A stretch of DNA of 63,866 nucleotides. Source: Sulfuricurvum sp. (GTDB lineage Bacteria > Campylobacterota > Campylobacteria > Campylobacterales > Sulfurimonadaceae). Location: NCBI GenBank assembly GCA_022729795.1, contig DZBD01000002.1:1-63866 (forward strand). The letters run 5' to 3'. This document shows, piece after piece, positions 10,244 to 20,892 of the stretch. The translations under genes and the position numbers were made by a program. Each line of letters starts with the position of its first letter. Position 1 is the stretch's first letter. The notes beneath the pieces are model-generated. The model was given only the letters and a program-made list of their open reading frames with translations. It did not search any database and was not told where the DNA came from.

Positions 10244-10741
10244 ATGAAATCAAAAATAGCACATTACATAAAAGAGATAGCTCTCTTTCTCATTTTTATG
10301 ACTCTTTTAATGAATGCTCTTAGTTTATACAAAAGCCAAGATTTAAACAAAGAAGCATTCGCTCTAAAGGATATTATATTAGTGGATAATCAAAAATATA
10401 TCATTCCACATGCCAAGCCTATACTTATACATTTTTGGGCAACATGGTGCCCTACTTGTAAGTTTGAAGCATCCAATATACAAAAAGTATCTGAGCATTA
10501 TGAGGTATTGAGTATAGCCGTAAAATCTGGCAGTGATGACGATATCAAACACTTTTTACAAAGTCATGAATTAAATTATAAAGTAGTGAATGACAAAAAT
10601 GGATTTCTTGCTAATAAATTTAATATTGCAGCCTATCCGAGTACATTTATTTATGACAAAGATAAAAATCTTGTATTGAGTGAGGTTGGATATACTAGCA
10701 CTTGGGGGTTATTACTTCGAATGTGGTGGGCAGGAATATAA
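10244..10741 (+). CDS. TlpA/ResA-like membrane-anchored thiol-disulfide oxidoreductase
   Basis: N-terminal TM helix, HFWATWCPTC and YPSTFIYD. Confidence 0.88.
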   Translation: MKSKIAHYIKEIALFLIFMTLLMNALSLYKSQDLNKEAFALKDIILVDNQKYIIPHAKPILIHFWATWCPTCKFEASNIQKVSEHYEVLSIAVKSGSDDDIKHFLQSHELNYKVVNDKNGFLANKFNIAAYPSTFIYDKDKNLVLSEVGYTSTWGLLLRMWWAGI

Positions 10742-10746
10742 ATACG

Positions 10747-10783
10747 TTTCTTGGCATGTGGATTATTTCCACATGCCAAGAAA
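10747..10783. terminator. probable bidirectional terminator hairpin formed by an inverted pair of the TTCCACATGCC motif
   Basis: TTTCTTGGCATGTGGA, loop TTATT, TCCACATGCCAAGAAA: a perfect 16-bp stem between convergent stops at 10741 and 10787. Confidence 0.88.
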
Positions 10784-10786
10784 GAA

Positions 10787-13700
10787 CTATTTTTTAATAC
10801 TTACTGCGTAAGCTTTGTCTGAGAGTGGAACCCACGGACGTTTGATATGTTTAGGGCGACGTAATGTAGAATTTTCATCCAATCCACGAGTAAGCTGATC
10901 TCTCCATCCTTGATAGACTTTGAAATTATTATCGTAGTTGACGTGAATATCACCAATCTTATCACCTTTTTGTGCAGGTTCTAAGATAACTTTTTGATGC
11001 CAACAGTGCATACCTGAAACAGGGTCAGGATGTGGAGCTGCTACAGCATTTTGCCACGAACCGCTTAGTCCATCCCACCAAATATTTCCGCTATCTCTGT
11101 TGTAGTTTGCAAATCGTTCTGCTTTAAATGGTTTAATACCCTCAACATATTTGAGTTTACCCTCTTTTCCATCCATCTGAATCTCTGCAGTCGGAACACC
11201 GAAACTATTCATGCCGCTTGTTCCGTCGTAATCTTCAATTTTGATTTGTCCGGCTTCTTTACCTGCATTTTCCGGCGAGTGAGCCATAAACTTAGGATCA
11301 TTCATATTTCTTGCAACCGGCTGCGAATCTACTTTACCGTCAGTTACACCGTTTGGAATCGTAATAGAATTTTTAAGTTTCCATCTTCCTCCATGGTGAG
11401 AACAAGCAAGTGTTCCCGGAAGGACTCCCTCAGTCGGAACTGCCATTGCAACAAAATATCCCGATTCTAAACCTGTCAAACTATCTACAATTCTTACACG
11501 GATAGAATCACCGCGCTTAAAGCCCTGACGTGCAGCATCCAGAGTTGAAATCCAAATTGGGTCATGATTTTGTGAAATCTCCATCAAGTGCTTCGAGTTA
11601 GCTGAACGAGTGTGAATATTATACGGTAAACGAAACACAGTGTTAAGCGCATATGAATTTTGCTCTGTCATATAAGAGTGATTTACATGAGAAACAATGT
11701 GCAACATTTGCTTTTTCTCTGCCTCATTTCTTGGGTAAAACGGAATTGCGTACTCAGGCCATTTCCAATCATCCGCTAACCATTCACAAAAAAAGTCTAG
11801 TTTCTTGTCAAGTGTTGCAAACCCTTCCATTTTCACGCCGTCCGTCTCAATACCTATTTGAGTCTTTGTACCATTATGCTCAGCGGTCATAACGCCTGTT
11901 CGCTTATTTATAGTAACATGTGCTTTTTCAAATTTATGACCGTGAGAAATGTAGTTTTCTCCATCATCTTTTATCACTCTTTCTTGAGGAGAATAAATAT
12001 GGTTCTCTTCCATCCACGCACCATGATCTCTCAAATATGAGTAAACAGGATACTCTTCATTTTTGTATCGTATATCTGCCAAGGCAGTTGCTTTGAGATT
12101 TGGTAAATTATCTCCAAATGCAGCATCATACCACTCAGCAATAGTCACTGGTTTGCCTGGAGTTTTTTTAGATTCCCACATTTTTTTGATTCCAAGTTTA
12201 CCTGTGGGGTCAATATAATTGACACACATTTCAAACCAAAATTCATTATCTTCCCAAACTTCACCAAGACCGGCTTTAATATGTGCCTCAAGTGTAGCTC
12301 GTGCAGGATTTTTTGCTTTCCATCCCATTTTTTCCAGTGCAACACGAAGAACCGGCTGACGAAATGATGTCCAACGTGCCGGCATAGTAGCTTCAGAGTG
12401 TTGGTCATGTCTCTCTCCGGCTAAACCGACAGGCAAAATATAATCCATATACCAGTTTGTCTCACTCCATACAGGAGAAAGATTCATGGTAAGTTCCATC
12501 TTCTTTTCATCTTTTAGAGTTTCTATCCATCTAAATCCATCCGGATTAATCCAAACAGGATTATACATACGAGGAATATAAACAGAGAGTTTTTGGGGAA
12601 CGGTTAATCCTTTTTCTATCCATTTATCTTGCCAAGCAGTATCACTCAACAAATGTGGCAAGAGATAAGACATTTCATACGAAGATAAAGGCCATTCCGG
12701 TGGATATGTTAGCTCATTGTACACATCGATTTTAGGAACATTAGTACCGCGAGCACCTTGACCGACCGTTGCACTCCCACCTAAACCGGAAACAGAAATA
12801 ACATGCCAATGGTGAAAAAATGTACCGCCCTCAGGTCCGATTGCACCACGAAGCGCTAATGCAAGATAGCCCGTTCTACCACCCATCCAGCCGCCACGAT
12901 TTCCGGCAGCAGAAGCTCTCCAAAAGTATGAAGAAACGGCTGTTTCAGCCCAAATGAACATATCATAAAGCTGCTCAAGCTTATAAGAAGGCACATGAGT
13001 TTCTTTTACTGCATAATCAAGCGTGTAAGGTGCGTAAAGCTCTTTAAGCACCTCTAAAAAATCTTCAAAGTTATCACCGGCCGGCATTTTAGATATATAG
13101 CCTTTTGTTACCATAAATTCTAAATATGCTTTATTATCAAGCATCACTTCCCAGTTAAACCATTTTTTAATGAACTCTTTGTTTACCTTGTTTTCGCTTA
13201 GCATTCTTTGAGCTAAGTAAAGATAAATAACAGGTTCAGTTCCCGGCCATGCTGCTATCCATAAATCAGCCATACCCGCAGAGTTAGACAGACGAGGATC
13301 CATAACTACAAGCTTCGCACCTTTTTGTCTTGCATCAGCAATAAAAGAAGCTGATTGTTGAAAATAGTGACCTGCATCAGCTGCATGAGAAGAATTTAGA
13401 AATATTAACTTAGCATTTGCCCAATCTGGAGACGTTCTATCATCATTAGCCCATTGTATAGTGGGTGTTCGTCCATTTGATGAACAGATATTGGTATGTG
13501 AATTATACGCATCAAGTCCTAAAGAGTGCCAAATTGCCGGTACGAAACCGTTTTCATTTGGACGCCCGACATGGAACATGACGGTTTTTTTAGATAATTC
13601 GTCGCCTTTTTCAATTGTATCTGCCATCTTTTTACCGATAGTAGTCATTGCTTCATCCCAAGTAGTTCGAATCCATTTTCCCTCACCGCGAGCAGAACCT

Positions 13701-14179
13701 GCCGCACGTTTGAGTGGAAATGCTATACGATCCGGATCATACATTTGACTTTGCGCAGCATAGCCTTTAGCACAATTACGACCGCGAGAACCCGGATGAA
13801 GAGGATTTCCCATATATTTTTTCACTGTAAAAGTTTTTTTATCAATCCAAGCAGTTAAACCACATGAAGCTTCACAGTTAGAACACGCAGTCGGTACTAT
13901 CATGTAATCGTTTACTTCAATACCATCGGGATTCGATTCGCTTCTTACACCTTTACGGTCTATTCCGCCTCTTTTCCAGTCATTTCCATCCAACTCTTTA
14001 AAATCTGCCCACTCTTGCATCGGTGGATAAAATGACAATGAATCTGGGGTATTCGTAAATTTGCTCTCAGTTACAGATTCTGCAAGAGCATCTGTCGTAA
14101 ATACACCTCTAACAATAGCGGCTCCTGCAACTGTAAATGCAGCGCCTTTTAAAAATGTTCTTCTACTTTGTAAATACAT
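10787..14179 (-). CDS. Tat-exported molybdopterin oxidoreductase catalytic subunit (PsrA/TtrA-like, DMSO reductase family)
   Basis: Twin-Arg signal SRRTFLK, [4Fe-4S] motif CSNCEASC...NCAKG, HTNICS with a putative Cys Mo ligand, VVMDPRLS. Confidence 0.9.
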   Translation of the reverse strand: MYLQSRRTFLKGAAFTVAGAAIVRGVFTTDALAESVTESKFTNTPDSLSFYPPMQEWADFKELDGNDWKRGGIDRKGVRSESNPDGIEVNDYMIVPTACSNCEASCGLTAWIDKKTFTVKKYMGNPLHPGSRGRNCAKGYAAQSQMYDPDRIAFPLKRAAGSARGEGKWIRTTWDEAMTTIGKKMADTIEKGDELSKKTVMFHVGRPNENGFVPAIWHSLGLDAYNSHTNICSSNGRTPTIQWANDDRTSPDWANAKLIFLNSSHAADAGHYFQQSASFIADARQKGAKLVVMDPRLSNSAGMADLWIAAWPGTEPVIYLYLAQRMLSENKVNKEFIKKWFNWEVMLDNKAYLEFMVTKGYISKMPAGDNFEDFLEVLKELYAPYTLDYAVKETHVPSYKLEQLYDMFIWAETAVSSYFWRASAAGNRGGWMGGRTGYLALALRGAIGPEGGTFFHHWHVISVSGLGGSATVGQGARGTNVPKIDVYNELTYPPEWPLSSYEMSYLLPHLLSDTAWQDKWIEKGLTVPQKLSVYIPRMYNPVWINPDGFRWIETLKDEKKMELTMNLSPVWSETNWYMDYILPVGLAGERHDQHSEATMPARWTSFRQPVLRVALEKMGWKAKNPARATLEAHIKAGLGEVWEDNEFWFEMCVNYIDPTGKLGIKKMWESKKTPGKPVTIAEWYDAAFGDNLPNLKATALADIRYKNEEYPVYSYLRDHGAWMEENHIYSPQERVIKDDGENYISHGHKFEKAHVTINKRTGVMTAEHNGTKTQIGIETDGVKMEGFATLDKKLDFFCEWLADDWKWPEYAIPFYPRNEAEKKQMLHIVSHVNHSYMTEQNSYALNTVFRLPYNIHTRSANSKHLMEISQNHDPIWISTLDAARQGFKRGDSIRVRIVDSLTGLESGYFVAMAVPTEGVLPGTLACSHHGGRWKLKNSITIPNGVTDGKVDSQPVARNMNDPKFMAHSPENAGKEAGQIKIEDYDGTSGMNSFGVPTAEIQMDGKEGKLKYVEGIKPFKAERFANYNRDSGNIWWDGLSGSWQNAVAAPHPDPVSGMHCWHQKVILEPAQKGDKIGDIHVNYDNNFKVYQGWRDQLTRGLDENSTLRRPKHIKRPWVPLSDKAYAVSIKK

Positions 14180-14189
14180 TCATTTCTCC

Positions 14190-15092
14190 CTAACTCATTG
14201 GTAATAATTGTGGGATGATAAGCCAAACATGCTTCACCAACCACAGACCTGCTAGCGCTAAAAGAGCTGCAAGTTTTAAAATATTTTCAGATTTACTCAC
14301 ACGACTAAGAATAACCAGCAACATAGGTAGAATATATGCTCCCCATTGACCTAACCAAAACATAACCGTGTACGGTCCATCACCTTTGATGTACTCTAAA
14401 ACCGCTGCCACCTCTTCTGCCTTCATCGGACCAAATATATATTCTGACATATATAAAATAAATGACATCATAGCGCTCAAACCAAGAACTGCGCCTAAAG
14501 TTTTCTTCGCTTCATAATCAAGTTTAGAACCACCGAGTAAAATCATTGTCGCTGAACCCGAAAGCAAGGCTGCTAAAATCATTTGTGCCGATTCTGTGGG
14601 CATTTGCCATAACTCACGTGCCGTACACTGTGACATAAGTCCCGCCGTGTAAAGGGTAACCGGAATAGCCAAAATAGTGACCCATGTCAAAGTCTTATCA
14701 AAAGCTGCATTATCTTTTTTAATAGAGCTCAAAAATGCCAACAAGAAAAGTAGACCTACAAACGCCGTTGCCATCCATGCACCGACTGTAATTGCCGATG
14801 TTAAATGAGGATAGAAAAATATATGCCACATTCTAAAGGGCTGATGTAAATCAGCAAGAGTGAATAGTAAAAATATATGAATAAATATAATTGAAACAAC
14901 GATTGTCTGAAATCTTAATTTACCTGCTTGATCGGGATATTTTTTAAGAAGCAAAAACAACATAAAAATAACACCCGTACCGATACTCTTTGCCCACATG
15001 TTTACGGTAACTAGCCATGGCCAAACTATACCTGGTAAAGCTACATCCAAAGTTACTACAGCATTTGTTGCTGCTAATGTTTCGTGTACCAT
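14190..15092 (-). CDS. NrfD/PsrC-family membrane anchor
   Basis: Multiple TM helices with DLHQPFRMWH, SAITVGAW and YTAGL. Confidence 0.9.
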   Translation of the reverse strand: MVHETLAATNAVVTLDVALPGIVWPWLVTVNMWAKSIGTGVIFMLFLLLKKYPDQAGKLRFQTIVVSIIFIHIFLLFTLADLHQPFRMWHIFFYPHLTSAITVGAWMATAFVGLLFLLAFLSSIKKDNAAFDKTLTWVTILAIPVTLYTAGLMSQCTARELWQMPTESAQMILAALLSGSATMILLGGSKLDYEAKKTLGAVLGLSAMMSFILYMSEYIFGPMKAEEVAAVLEYIKGDGPYTVMFWLGQWGAYILPMLLVILSRVSKSENILKLAALLALAGLWLVKHVWLIIPQLLPMS

Positions 15093-15730
15093 TAGTGGTG
15101 CCCTCCTACAGGAAGTGTTGTAATTTTATTAAATAATTGATGTCCTTCATCTCTATGTGAAGCAAGAGGATTGAGGGTAACATTTCCGCCACCGACATAA
15201 TAATGATGAGGGTTTGTCCCTTTTTCCGGCTTACGTACTTGAATATTTCCTTGATTTTGCTGGATATATTTAGAAATATTTGAAGCAGGATCTTCCAAAT
15301 CGCCAAAAATATTTGCTTGGACAGGACAAGCAACGACACAAGCTGGCATCATTGATGAAGCAACACGGTGCGCACAGTATGTACATTTATCTGCTGTTTG
15401 AGTTTGAGGGTCTATATAAATTGCTCCATATGGACACGCCATAACACAGCCCGCACATCCAATGCATCTCTCTTTATCAATATTTACGATACCGTTTTCA
15501 AGATAGTGTAGAGCACTTACTGGACAAATTCTCTCACACGGAGCATTCTCGCAGTGATTACATCTTAGAGGCGTAAATGTTCTTCTTGTCTCTGGAAAGC
15601 TACCTACATCTACATATTTAACACGGAGTCTCCATGTGCTAAGCGGAACTTCATTTTCCACTTTACATGCGATCTCACACCCTTTGCATCCCATACACAG
15701 ATGCAAATCAACTAGGAAACCTAATTGCAT
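15092..15730 (-). CDS. 4Fe-4S dicluster electron-transfer subunit (PsrB/TtrB/NrfC-like)
   Basis: CMGCKGCEIAC, CNHCENAPCERICP, CIGCAGCVMACPY and KCTYC...PACVVACP. Confidence 0.93.
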   Translation of the reverse strand: MQLGFLVDLHLCMGCKGCEIACKVENEVPLSTWRLRVKYVDVGSFPETRRTFTPLRCNHCENAPCERICPVSALHYLENGIVNIDKERCIGCAGCVMACPYGAIYIDPQTQTADKCTYCAHRVASSMMPACVVACPVQANIFGDLEDPASNISKYIQQNQGNIQVRKPEKGTNPHHYYVGGGNVTLNPLASHRDEGHQLFNKITTLPVGGHH

Positions 15731-16067
15731 ATATTCTCCTTTAACCTTATTGTGACTAATTTAAGATTTATAACCATCACTAATCTTTTGAAAAAGAAAG
15801 CCTTATACTATAAAATCGGCTTCTTTACTGCTAAAAATAGTATCAAAGAAACCTTAAAATCGTTATAAATATGTAATAACTTTTTGATATTTTTTTTAAT
15901 ACTGAGTAGATTCGAATAAGAAATATTTATAAAATTATAAGCATAAATATATTTTTATGTTTAAGTGGGAGTTAGAAGAAATACATTTACGAATATTTTC
16001 GCTTAATTCTAATAGTACTATATCTACATGCTATTGAAGATACCATGCAGATATAAAGATTATTTTT

Positions 16068-16544
16068 TTATTTTTCTTCTATAAAATCTGAAGGGTCTGC
16101 TAAGCAGTCCATACCGTCAGAATATTTTTCAACATTAGCACCGTGTGTATACGTGAGTTCACCGCCCATCTTTCCTTGATACATAACACCGCCTGCTATC
16201 ATTGCAACCAATATTATTGAAAACATTTCAGCTTTAAAATTATGTTTAAAACAGCCATAAAATTTAATCAAAGTTACAAAAGTCATAGTAATCACAAGAT
16301 AAAGTGCGAGTTCTTTATGATGCTTTAAGAGTTCTTGTCCTTGCTGGGATAAAAGAGCATACGCTTCCCCTCCATCTTCTTTACCTGTAAAAAACGCTAC
16401 CACGAGAAAAAGAGTTGCAAAAACCATAAAACGTGTTGATATTTTAGACATAAGCTCACTTGGTTTTATCAAATAAGCTAGACCTATAACAAAAGAGATA
16501 ATTGGTAAAACTACCGCAAAGTGTGATGCTGCCGGGTGTAACAT
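16068..16544 (-). CDS. DUF2231-like membrane protein
   Basis: N-terminal LHPAASHF, four TM helices and GKMGGELTY. Confidence 0.7.
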   Translation of the reverse strand: MLHPAASHFAVVLPIISFVIGLAYLIKPSELMSKISTRFMVFATLFLVVAFFTGKEDGGEAYALLSQQGQELLKHHKELALYLVITMTFVTLIKFYGCFKHNFKAEMFSIILVAMIAGGVMYQGKMGGELTYTHGANVEKYSDGMDCLADPSDFIEEK

Positions 16545-16618
16545 AAAGACTCCTCTTATAAATGAATAGAGGCATTTTACACTTAAATCTATAGTTATTT
16601 CTTATAAAAATAAACTAC

Positions 16619-17908
16619 TTATTTTAACCTGACTCTCACTGATTGCTCATGAGCGGTTAGCCCTTCCGTATTTGCAATCAAAGCACAATCTTCACCAATT
16701 TCATTAATAGCCTGAGCACTAAAATAGATTATCGATGTTTTTTTCATAAAATTTTCAACCCCAAGAGGAGAATAGAATTTCGCTGTTCCCCCTGTTGGAA
16801 GAGTATGGTTTGGCCCTGCCACATAATCCCCTATAGCTTCGGGGGTATTATGACCCAAAAATATTGCACCTGCATGTTTGATAAAAGGGAGAAGTTCAAA
16901 AGGTGAATTCGTACACACCTCTAAATGCTCAGGAGCAATCTCATTCATGAGTTTTATAGCTTCTTGCATATCCTCACACACAATAATCGCACCGCGCTCT
17001 TCAATAGACTTTCTAGCTATCTCTTGGCGGGGAAGCATTTGTAGCCATTTTTCAAGCTCTACTCTTACTTCATCTGCAAGTTTTTGGGAGGGTGTTATCA
17101 AAATGGAACTTGCCATCTCATCATGTTCTGCTTGAGAAAGCATATCTATAGCTAAATGGTTTGCGTTAGCACTCTCGTCTGCCAAAATTCCTATCTCGCT
17201 AGGTCCTGCTATCATATCTATATTGACTTCACCGTAAACCATCTTTTTGGCAGTTGCTACAAAGATATTTCCGGGTCCCGTAATAACATCTACTTTTGGA
17301 ATAGTCTCAGTTCCATACGCCATAGCCGCAATTGCGCTCGCACCGCCAACCTTATACACTTGTGTCACTCCACAAAGGTGACAAGCTGCAAGAAGGAGCT
17401 CGTTGGGTTCATTATCGGGTGTTGGAGTACAAACAATAATATTCTCCACCCCTGCAACTTGCGCGGGGATAACATTCATCAAAAGTGAAGAAGGGTATGC
17501 AGCTTTTCCGCCGGGAATATAAAGTCCTGCTCTATCAACTGGAGTTACTTTTTGTCCCAAAATTGCTCCATTGGGCTCATCGTCAAACCAGCTTTTTGGT
17601 TTAAGCTTTTCATGGTAAGTCTTGATTCTATCATAGGATAAATGAAGTGCTTTTTTTAATTTGACATCAATTGTATTATAAGCTTTTTGCATAGACTCTA
17701 CAGAAATTTTCAAATCGCTATCATCTTTAGGAGTCCAATGGTCAAACTTTGCAATATGGCGCTTAAGTGCTTGATTTTTTTCTTTTTTTATCTCATCGAT
17801 AATAGTACCGACGATAACGCTCACATTTGCCATATCCATTTTTCCGCGCCCTAGAAGTTCATTAAAATTCTCTTCAAAGTTATCCTCTTTTGTAGCGACA
17901 AAAATCAT
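16619..17908 (-). CDS. hisD: histidinol dehydrogenase
   Basis: GLYIPGGKAAYPSS, IDMIAGPSE, QAEHD, APEHLE and GPNHTLPT. Confidence 0.98.
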   Translation of the reverse strand: MIFVATKEDNFEENFNELLGRGKMDMANVSVIVGTIIDEIKKEKNQALKRHIAKFDHWTPKDDSDLKISVESMQKAYNTIDVKLKKALHLSYDRIKTYHEKLKPKSWFDDEPNGAILGQKVTPVDRAGLYIPGGKAAYPSSLLMNVIPAQVAGVENIIVCTPTPDNEPNELLLAACHLCGVTQVYKVGGASAIAAMAYGTETIPKVDVITGPGNIFVATAKKMVYGEVNIDMIAGPSEIGILADESANANHLAIDMLSQAEHDEMASSILITPSQKLADEVRVELEKWLQMLPRQEIARKSIEERGAIIVCEDMQEAIKLMNEIAPEHLEVCTNSPFELLPFIKHAGAIFLGHNTPEAIGDYVAGPNHTLPTGGTAKFYSPLGVENFMKKTSIIYFSAQAINEIGEDCALIANTEGLTAHEQSVRVRLK

Positions 17909-17910
17909 AC

Positions 17911-18360
17911 TTATTTCCCTGTTTTTGGCATTTTAGCAAACTCGTCTTTGACGATTGCGAGTGCTTTTAAGAAGTTTGATGCATCAACTGCACCGACAAG
18001 AGGCTGGAACATCGGCTCACCGTTTGGCAACAAAAACCACAAAGTCGGTGTTCCCGATCTCCACAACTCTCTTGGAGTGTAATCTTGTTCATCGGTGTAG
18101 GATACGATAGAAACATAATCTCTGTTTAAAGCTGCAATAACATGAGTATCTTTAAATGTTGTTTCTTCCAATATCACACAATATTTGCATGAATGACGTG
18201 AAAAAACGAAAAGAACAGGTTTATTTTGCTCTTTTGCCAGCTTAAGCCCATCTGCGAAATCTTTCGCCCAATTTATACTTGGAACAGCAACTTCAGTAGA
18301 CTGGGCAGCAAAAAGAGATGTTGCAAAAAGCATCATCAAAGTAAGAAATAATTTACGCAT
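17911..18360 (-). CDS. exported thioredoxin-fold protein (SoxW-like)
   Basis: Signal peptide, KPVLFVF..HSCKYC and GTPTLWFL. Confidence 0.8.
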   Translation of the reverse strand: MRKLFLTLMMLFATSLFAAQSTEVAVPSINWAKDFADGLKLAKEQNKPVLFVFSRHSCKYCVILEETTFKDTHVIAALNRDYVSIVSYTDEQDYTPRELWRSGTPTLWFLLPNGEPMFQPLVGAVDASNFLKALAIVKDEFAKMPKTGK

Positions 18361-18868
18361 GTTTTTTTACCTTTGTTAAAAGTTCTTTAGCACACTCTTG
18401 TGCACTCTTATTTGTAACATCTATTACAACATCTGCCAAAGCTAAATAGCTTGGTCTTCGCAATTCATATAATTCTTTTGCCTTATCTAAATCGCATAAA
18501 AGGGGTCTTTTACTTAACTTTTTTTCAGCATTAGGATGTTCTTGTATTCTTTTTAATATCTCTTCAAAAGGAGAATCCAAAAAAACAATTGTACCGATTT
18601 TTTTTAAGTTTTTCACCTTATAAAATCCACCGCCTGTAGAAATTAAAGTATTTTGAACACTTTTTTGAAGCCAGATAGAGATGTTTGCTTCAAGCTCTCG
18701 GAAATATTCTTCCCCCTCTTCTTCAAAAATTTTTCTTACACTCCGATTTTCCATACTCTCTATCAAGTCATCCGTATCTAAAGAGATGTATTTGGATTTT
18801 TTCACGACCTCTCGTGCAATACTTCCTTTTCCGACACCCATAAAACCAATCAAAACAATATTTTTCAA
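18353..18868 (-). CDS. aroK: shikimate kinase
   Basis: GFMGVGKGS, DTD, GEEYFRELE, STGGG and KRPLL. Confidence 0.95.
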   Translation of the reverse strand: MKNIVLIGFMGVGKGSIAREVVKKSKYISLDTDDLIESMENRSVRKIFEEEGEEYFRELEANISIWLQKSVQNTLISTGGGFYKVKNLKKIGTIVFLDSPFEEILKRIQEHPNAEKKLSKRPLLCDLDKAKELYELRRPSYLALADVVIDVTNKSAQECAKELLTKVKKHA

Positions 18869-18883
18869 ATTTTTACCCTTGAG

Positions 18884-19432
18884 CTATAAAGAAGAGATGT
18901 ATTGAGAAACAGCTAAAATTTCAGCATCGGTGAGTTTGCGGGAAGGTTCTTTCATTACGTTTTTCATTGATCCGCCGTAGGATTGAGTTTTATACTCATT
19001 TAAAGCGTTGCTGATTCTTACATAATTCCAGCCTCTGATGATTTTAGAACTGCGAAGTGCAGATTTTTCAGCAGATTTCCCATGACAGTTTGCACATGCC
19101 GCAGTATAGACAGCTTTTCCAGAAACAAGCGAATAAGAAGAAAATGTAGGCTTAGTTCTTCTTTTTACTGGTGTCGGCATTGTTGTTTTTTGGTTAAGAA
19201 CAATCATTCTAAGTTCTGGATTAACCTCTTCAACTGCTACTGGTGCCACAACCATAACACCATTGTCAAGCGTTGTACTTTGGACTTGTCTGTGTCTTTG
19301 AATCGCTTGCTTGGTCGGATTATTTGTAAAACGCTGCGTTTTTGGAGTCGCATATTCATAAGCCGGATTATTAAAAGCATAGCCATAACCAAGAAAACTA
19401 AAAACTAAAAAAAACAAAACTACTATCTTCAT
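18884..19432 (-). CDS. monoheme cytochrome c (c553-like) with N-terminal extension
   Basis: Signal peptide, C-terminal domain with CANCH and distal Met (GGSMKNVM). Confidence 0.85.
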   Translation of the reverse strand: MKIVVLFFLVFSFLGYGYAFNNPAYEYATPKTQRFTNNPTKQAIQRHRQVQSTTLDNGVMVVAPVAVEEVNPELRMIVLNQKTTMPTPVKRRTKPTFSSYSLVSGKAVYTAACANCHGKSAEKSALRSSKIIRGWNYVRISNALNEYKTQSYGGSMKNVMKEPSRKLTDAEILAVSQYISSL

Positions 19433-19559
19433 ACTACATATCCTTTTTATTAAAAACGCAATTATACAACAGCTTTGGTCTTTCTTTACTTCTACCGTAA
19501 CTATAGATTAACAAAATATAAACTATAATTTCTTTTTTAAAAATCTACATGGATATACT

Positions 19560-20885
19560 ATGAACAACAAAAAATTTATTACACTCGGTTTTGTTTCTAC
19601 AGCAATAGCGCTAACGCTTTTATTTTCTGCAAATGTTTTTGCTTCACAAAAAGATGAGAAGGACTCACAAACCAAAAAAGAAGCTTCAAGACTTCAGTCC
19701 TTGGCAAAATTCACAAAAGTCATCAGTATTGTTGAGCAATACAACGTAGACAATGTTACGATAGAAGAGTTGATGGACAAAGCTTTAGACGGTATGCTAA
19801 GTAATCTTGATGCCCACTCAAATTATCTTACTCAAAAAGATTATAAACAGCTAAAAGTCCAAACAAACGGCGAATTTGGCGGACTAGGGATTACCGTGGG
19901 AATGAAAGACGGTGCATTAACAGTTATCGCACCAATAGAGGGTACACCTGCGGATAAAGCCGGCCTTAAATCCAAAGATATTATTTTGAAAATCAATAAT
20001 GAATCTACAATAAATATGACGATTGACGATGCAGTTGCTATTATGAGAGGCAAAGTCGGCACTCCGATAGATTTAACTATAGTAAGAGAAGGGGAAACAA
20101 AACCTCTTACTATTCATATTATTAGAGCAAATATCACCATTGAATCTGTGTACGCAAGAACAATCGGAGATGATATACTTTATATAAGAGTAACAAGTTT
20201 TGATAAAAAAGTAACAGAAGATGTAGCAAAAGAGATTAATAAGAAAAAAGACACAACTAAGGGTATTATCCTTGATTTGAGAAATAATCCGGGCGGATTA
20301 CTTGATCAGGCTGTTGATTTAGTAGATGTATTTGTAGATGAAGGCGATATCGTTTCCCAAAAAGGACGCCAAGAAATTGACAATAAAACATATACTGCTT
20401 CCAAAGGAAAAACTCTCACAAAAGTACCTCTGGTAGTTCTTATTAATGGAGGAAGTGCAAGTGCTTCCGAAATTGTTAGTGGCTCACTCCAAGACCACAA
20501 ACGTGCTATCTTAATCGGTGAAAATACTTTTGGTAAAGGAAGCGTTCAAGTAGTGTTACCGATTACGGAAACAGAAGCTATAAAACTTACCATCGCACGC
20601 TATTATCTTCCAAGCGGAAGAACAATTCAAGCTGTTGGGGTAAAGCCTGATATTGAAGTATTTCCGGGAGAAGTCAAAACTGACGAAACAAGTTTTTCTA
20701 TTAAAGAGTCTGATTTAAAACAGCATTTAGAAGAAGAACTAGAAAAAGTCGATGGCGAAAAAACAGACAAAGGCACCTTGGAAAAAGATAAAAAAGATAT
20801 AATTACGCCGGAACAAATAAATAAAGATATGCAACTCAAAGAAGCTGCAGATGTCTTAAAAGCTTTAATTATTACAAAAGGATAG
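19560..20885 (+). CDS. ctpA: carboxyl-terminal protease, S41 family
   Basis: PDZ domain (FGGLGI), [15 protein letters not shown] and FGKGSVQ. Confidence 0.95.
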   Translation: MNNKKFITLGFVSTAIALTLLFSANVFASQKDEKDSQTKKEASRLQSLAKFTKVISIVEQYNVDNVTIEELMDKALDGMLSNLDAHSNYLTQKDYKQLKVQTNGEFGGLGITVGMKDGALTVIAPIEGTPADKAGLKSKDIILKINNESTINMTIDDAVAIMRGKVGTPIDLTIVREGETKPLTIHIIRANITIESVYARTIGDDILYIRVTSFDKKVTEDVAKEINKKKDTTKGIILDLRNNPGGLLDQAVDLVDVFVDEGDIVSQKGRQEIDNKTYTASKGKTLTKVPLVVLINGGSASASEIVSGSLQDHKRAILIGENTFGKGSVQVVLPITETEAIKLTIARYYLPSGRTIQAVGVKPDIEVFPGEVKTDETSFSIKESDLKQHLEEELEKVDGEKTDKGTLEKDKKDIITPEQINKDMQLKEAADVLKALIITKG

Positions 20886-20892
20886 GTTTAGA

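Noticed and set aside
15731-16067. 337-bp AT-rich intergenic region upstream of the Mo-enzyme operon as a possible sRNA or riboswitch
   Set aside because: No convincing stem-loops or recognisable Moco/Wco riboswitch features by eye. Probably promoter DNA.
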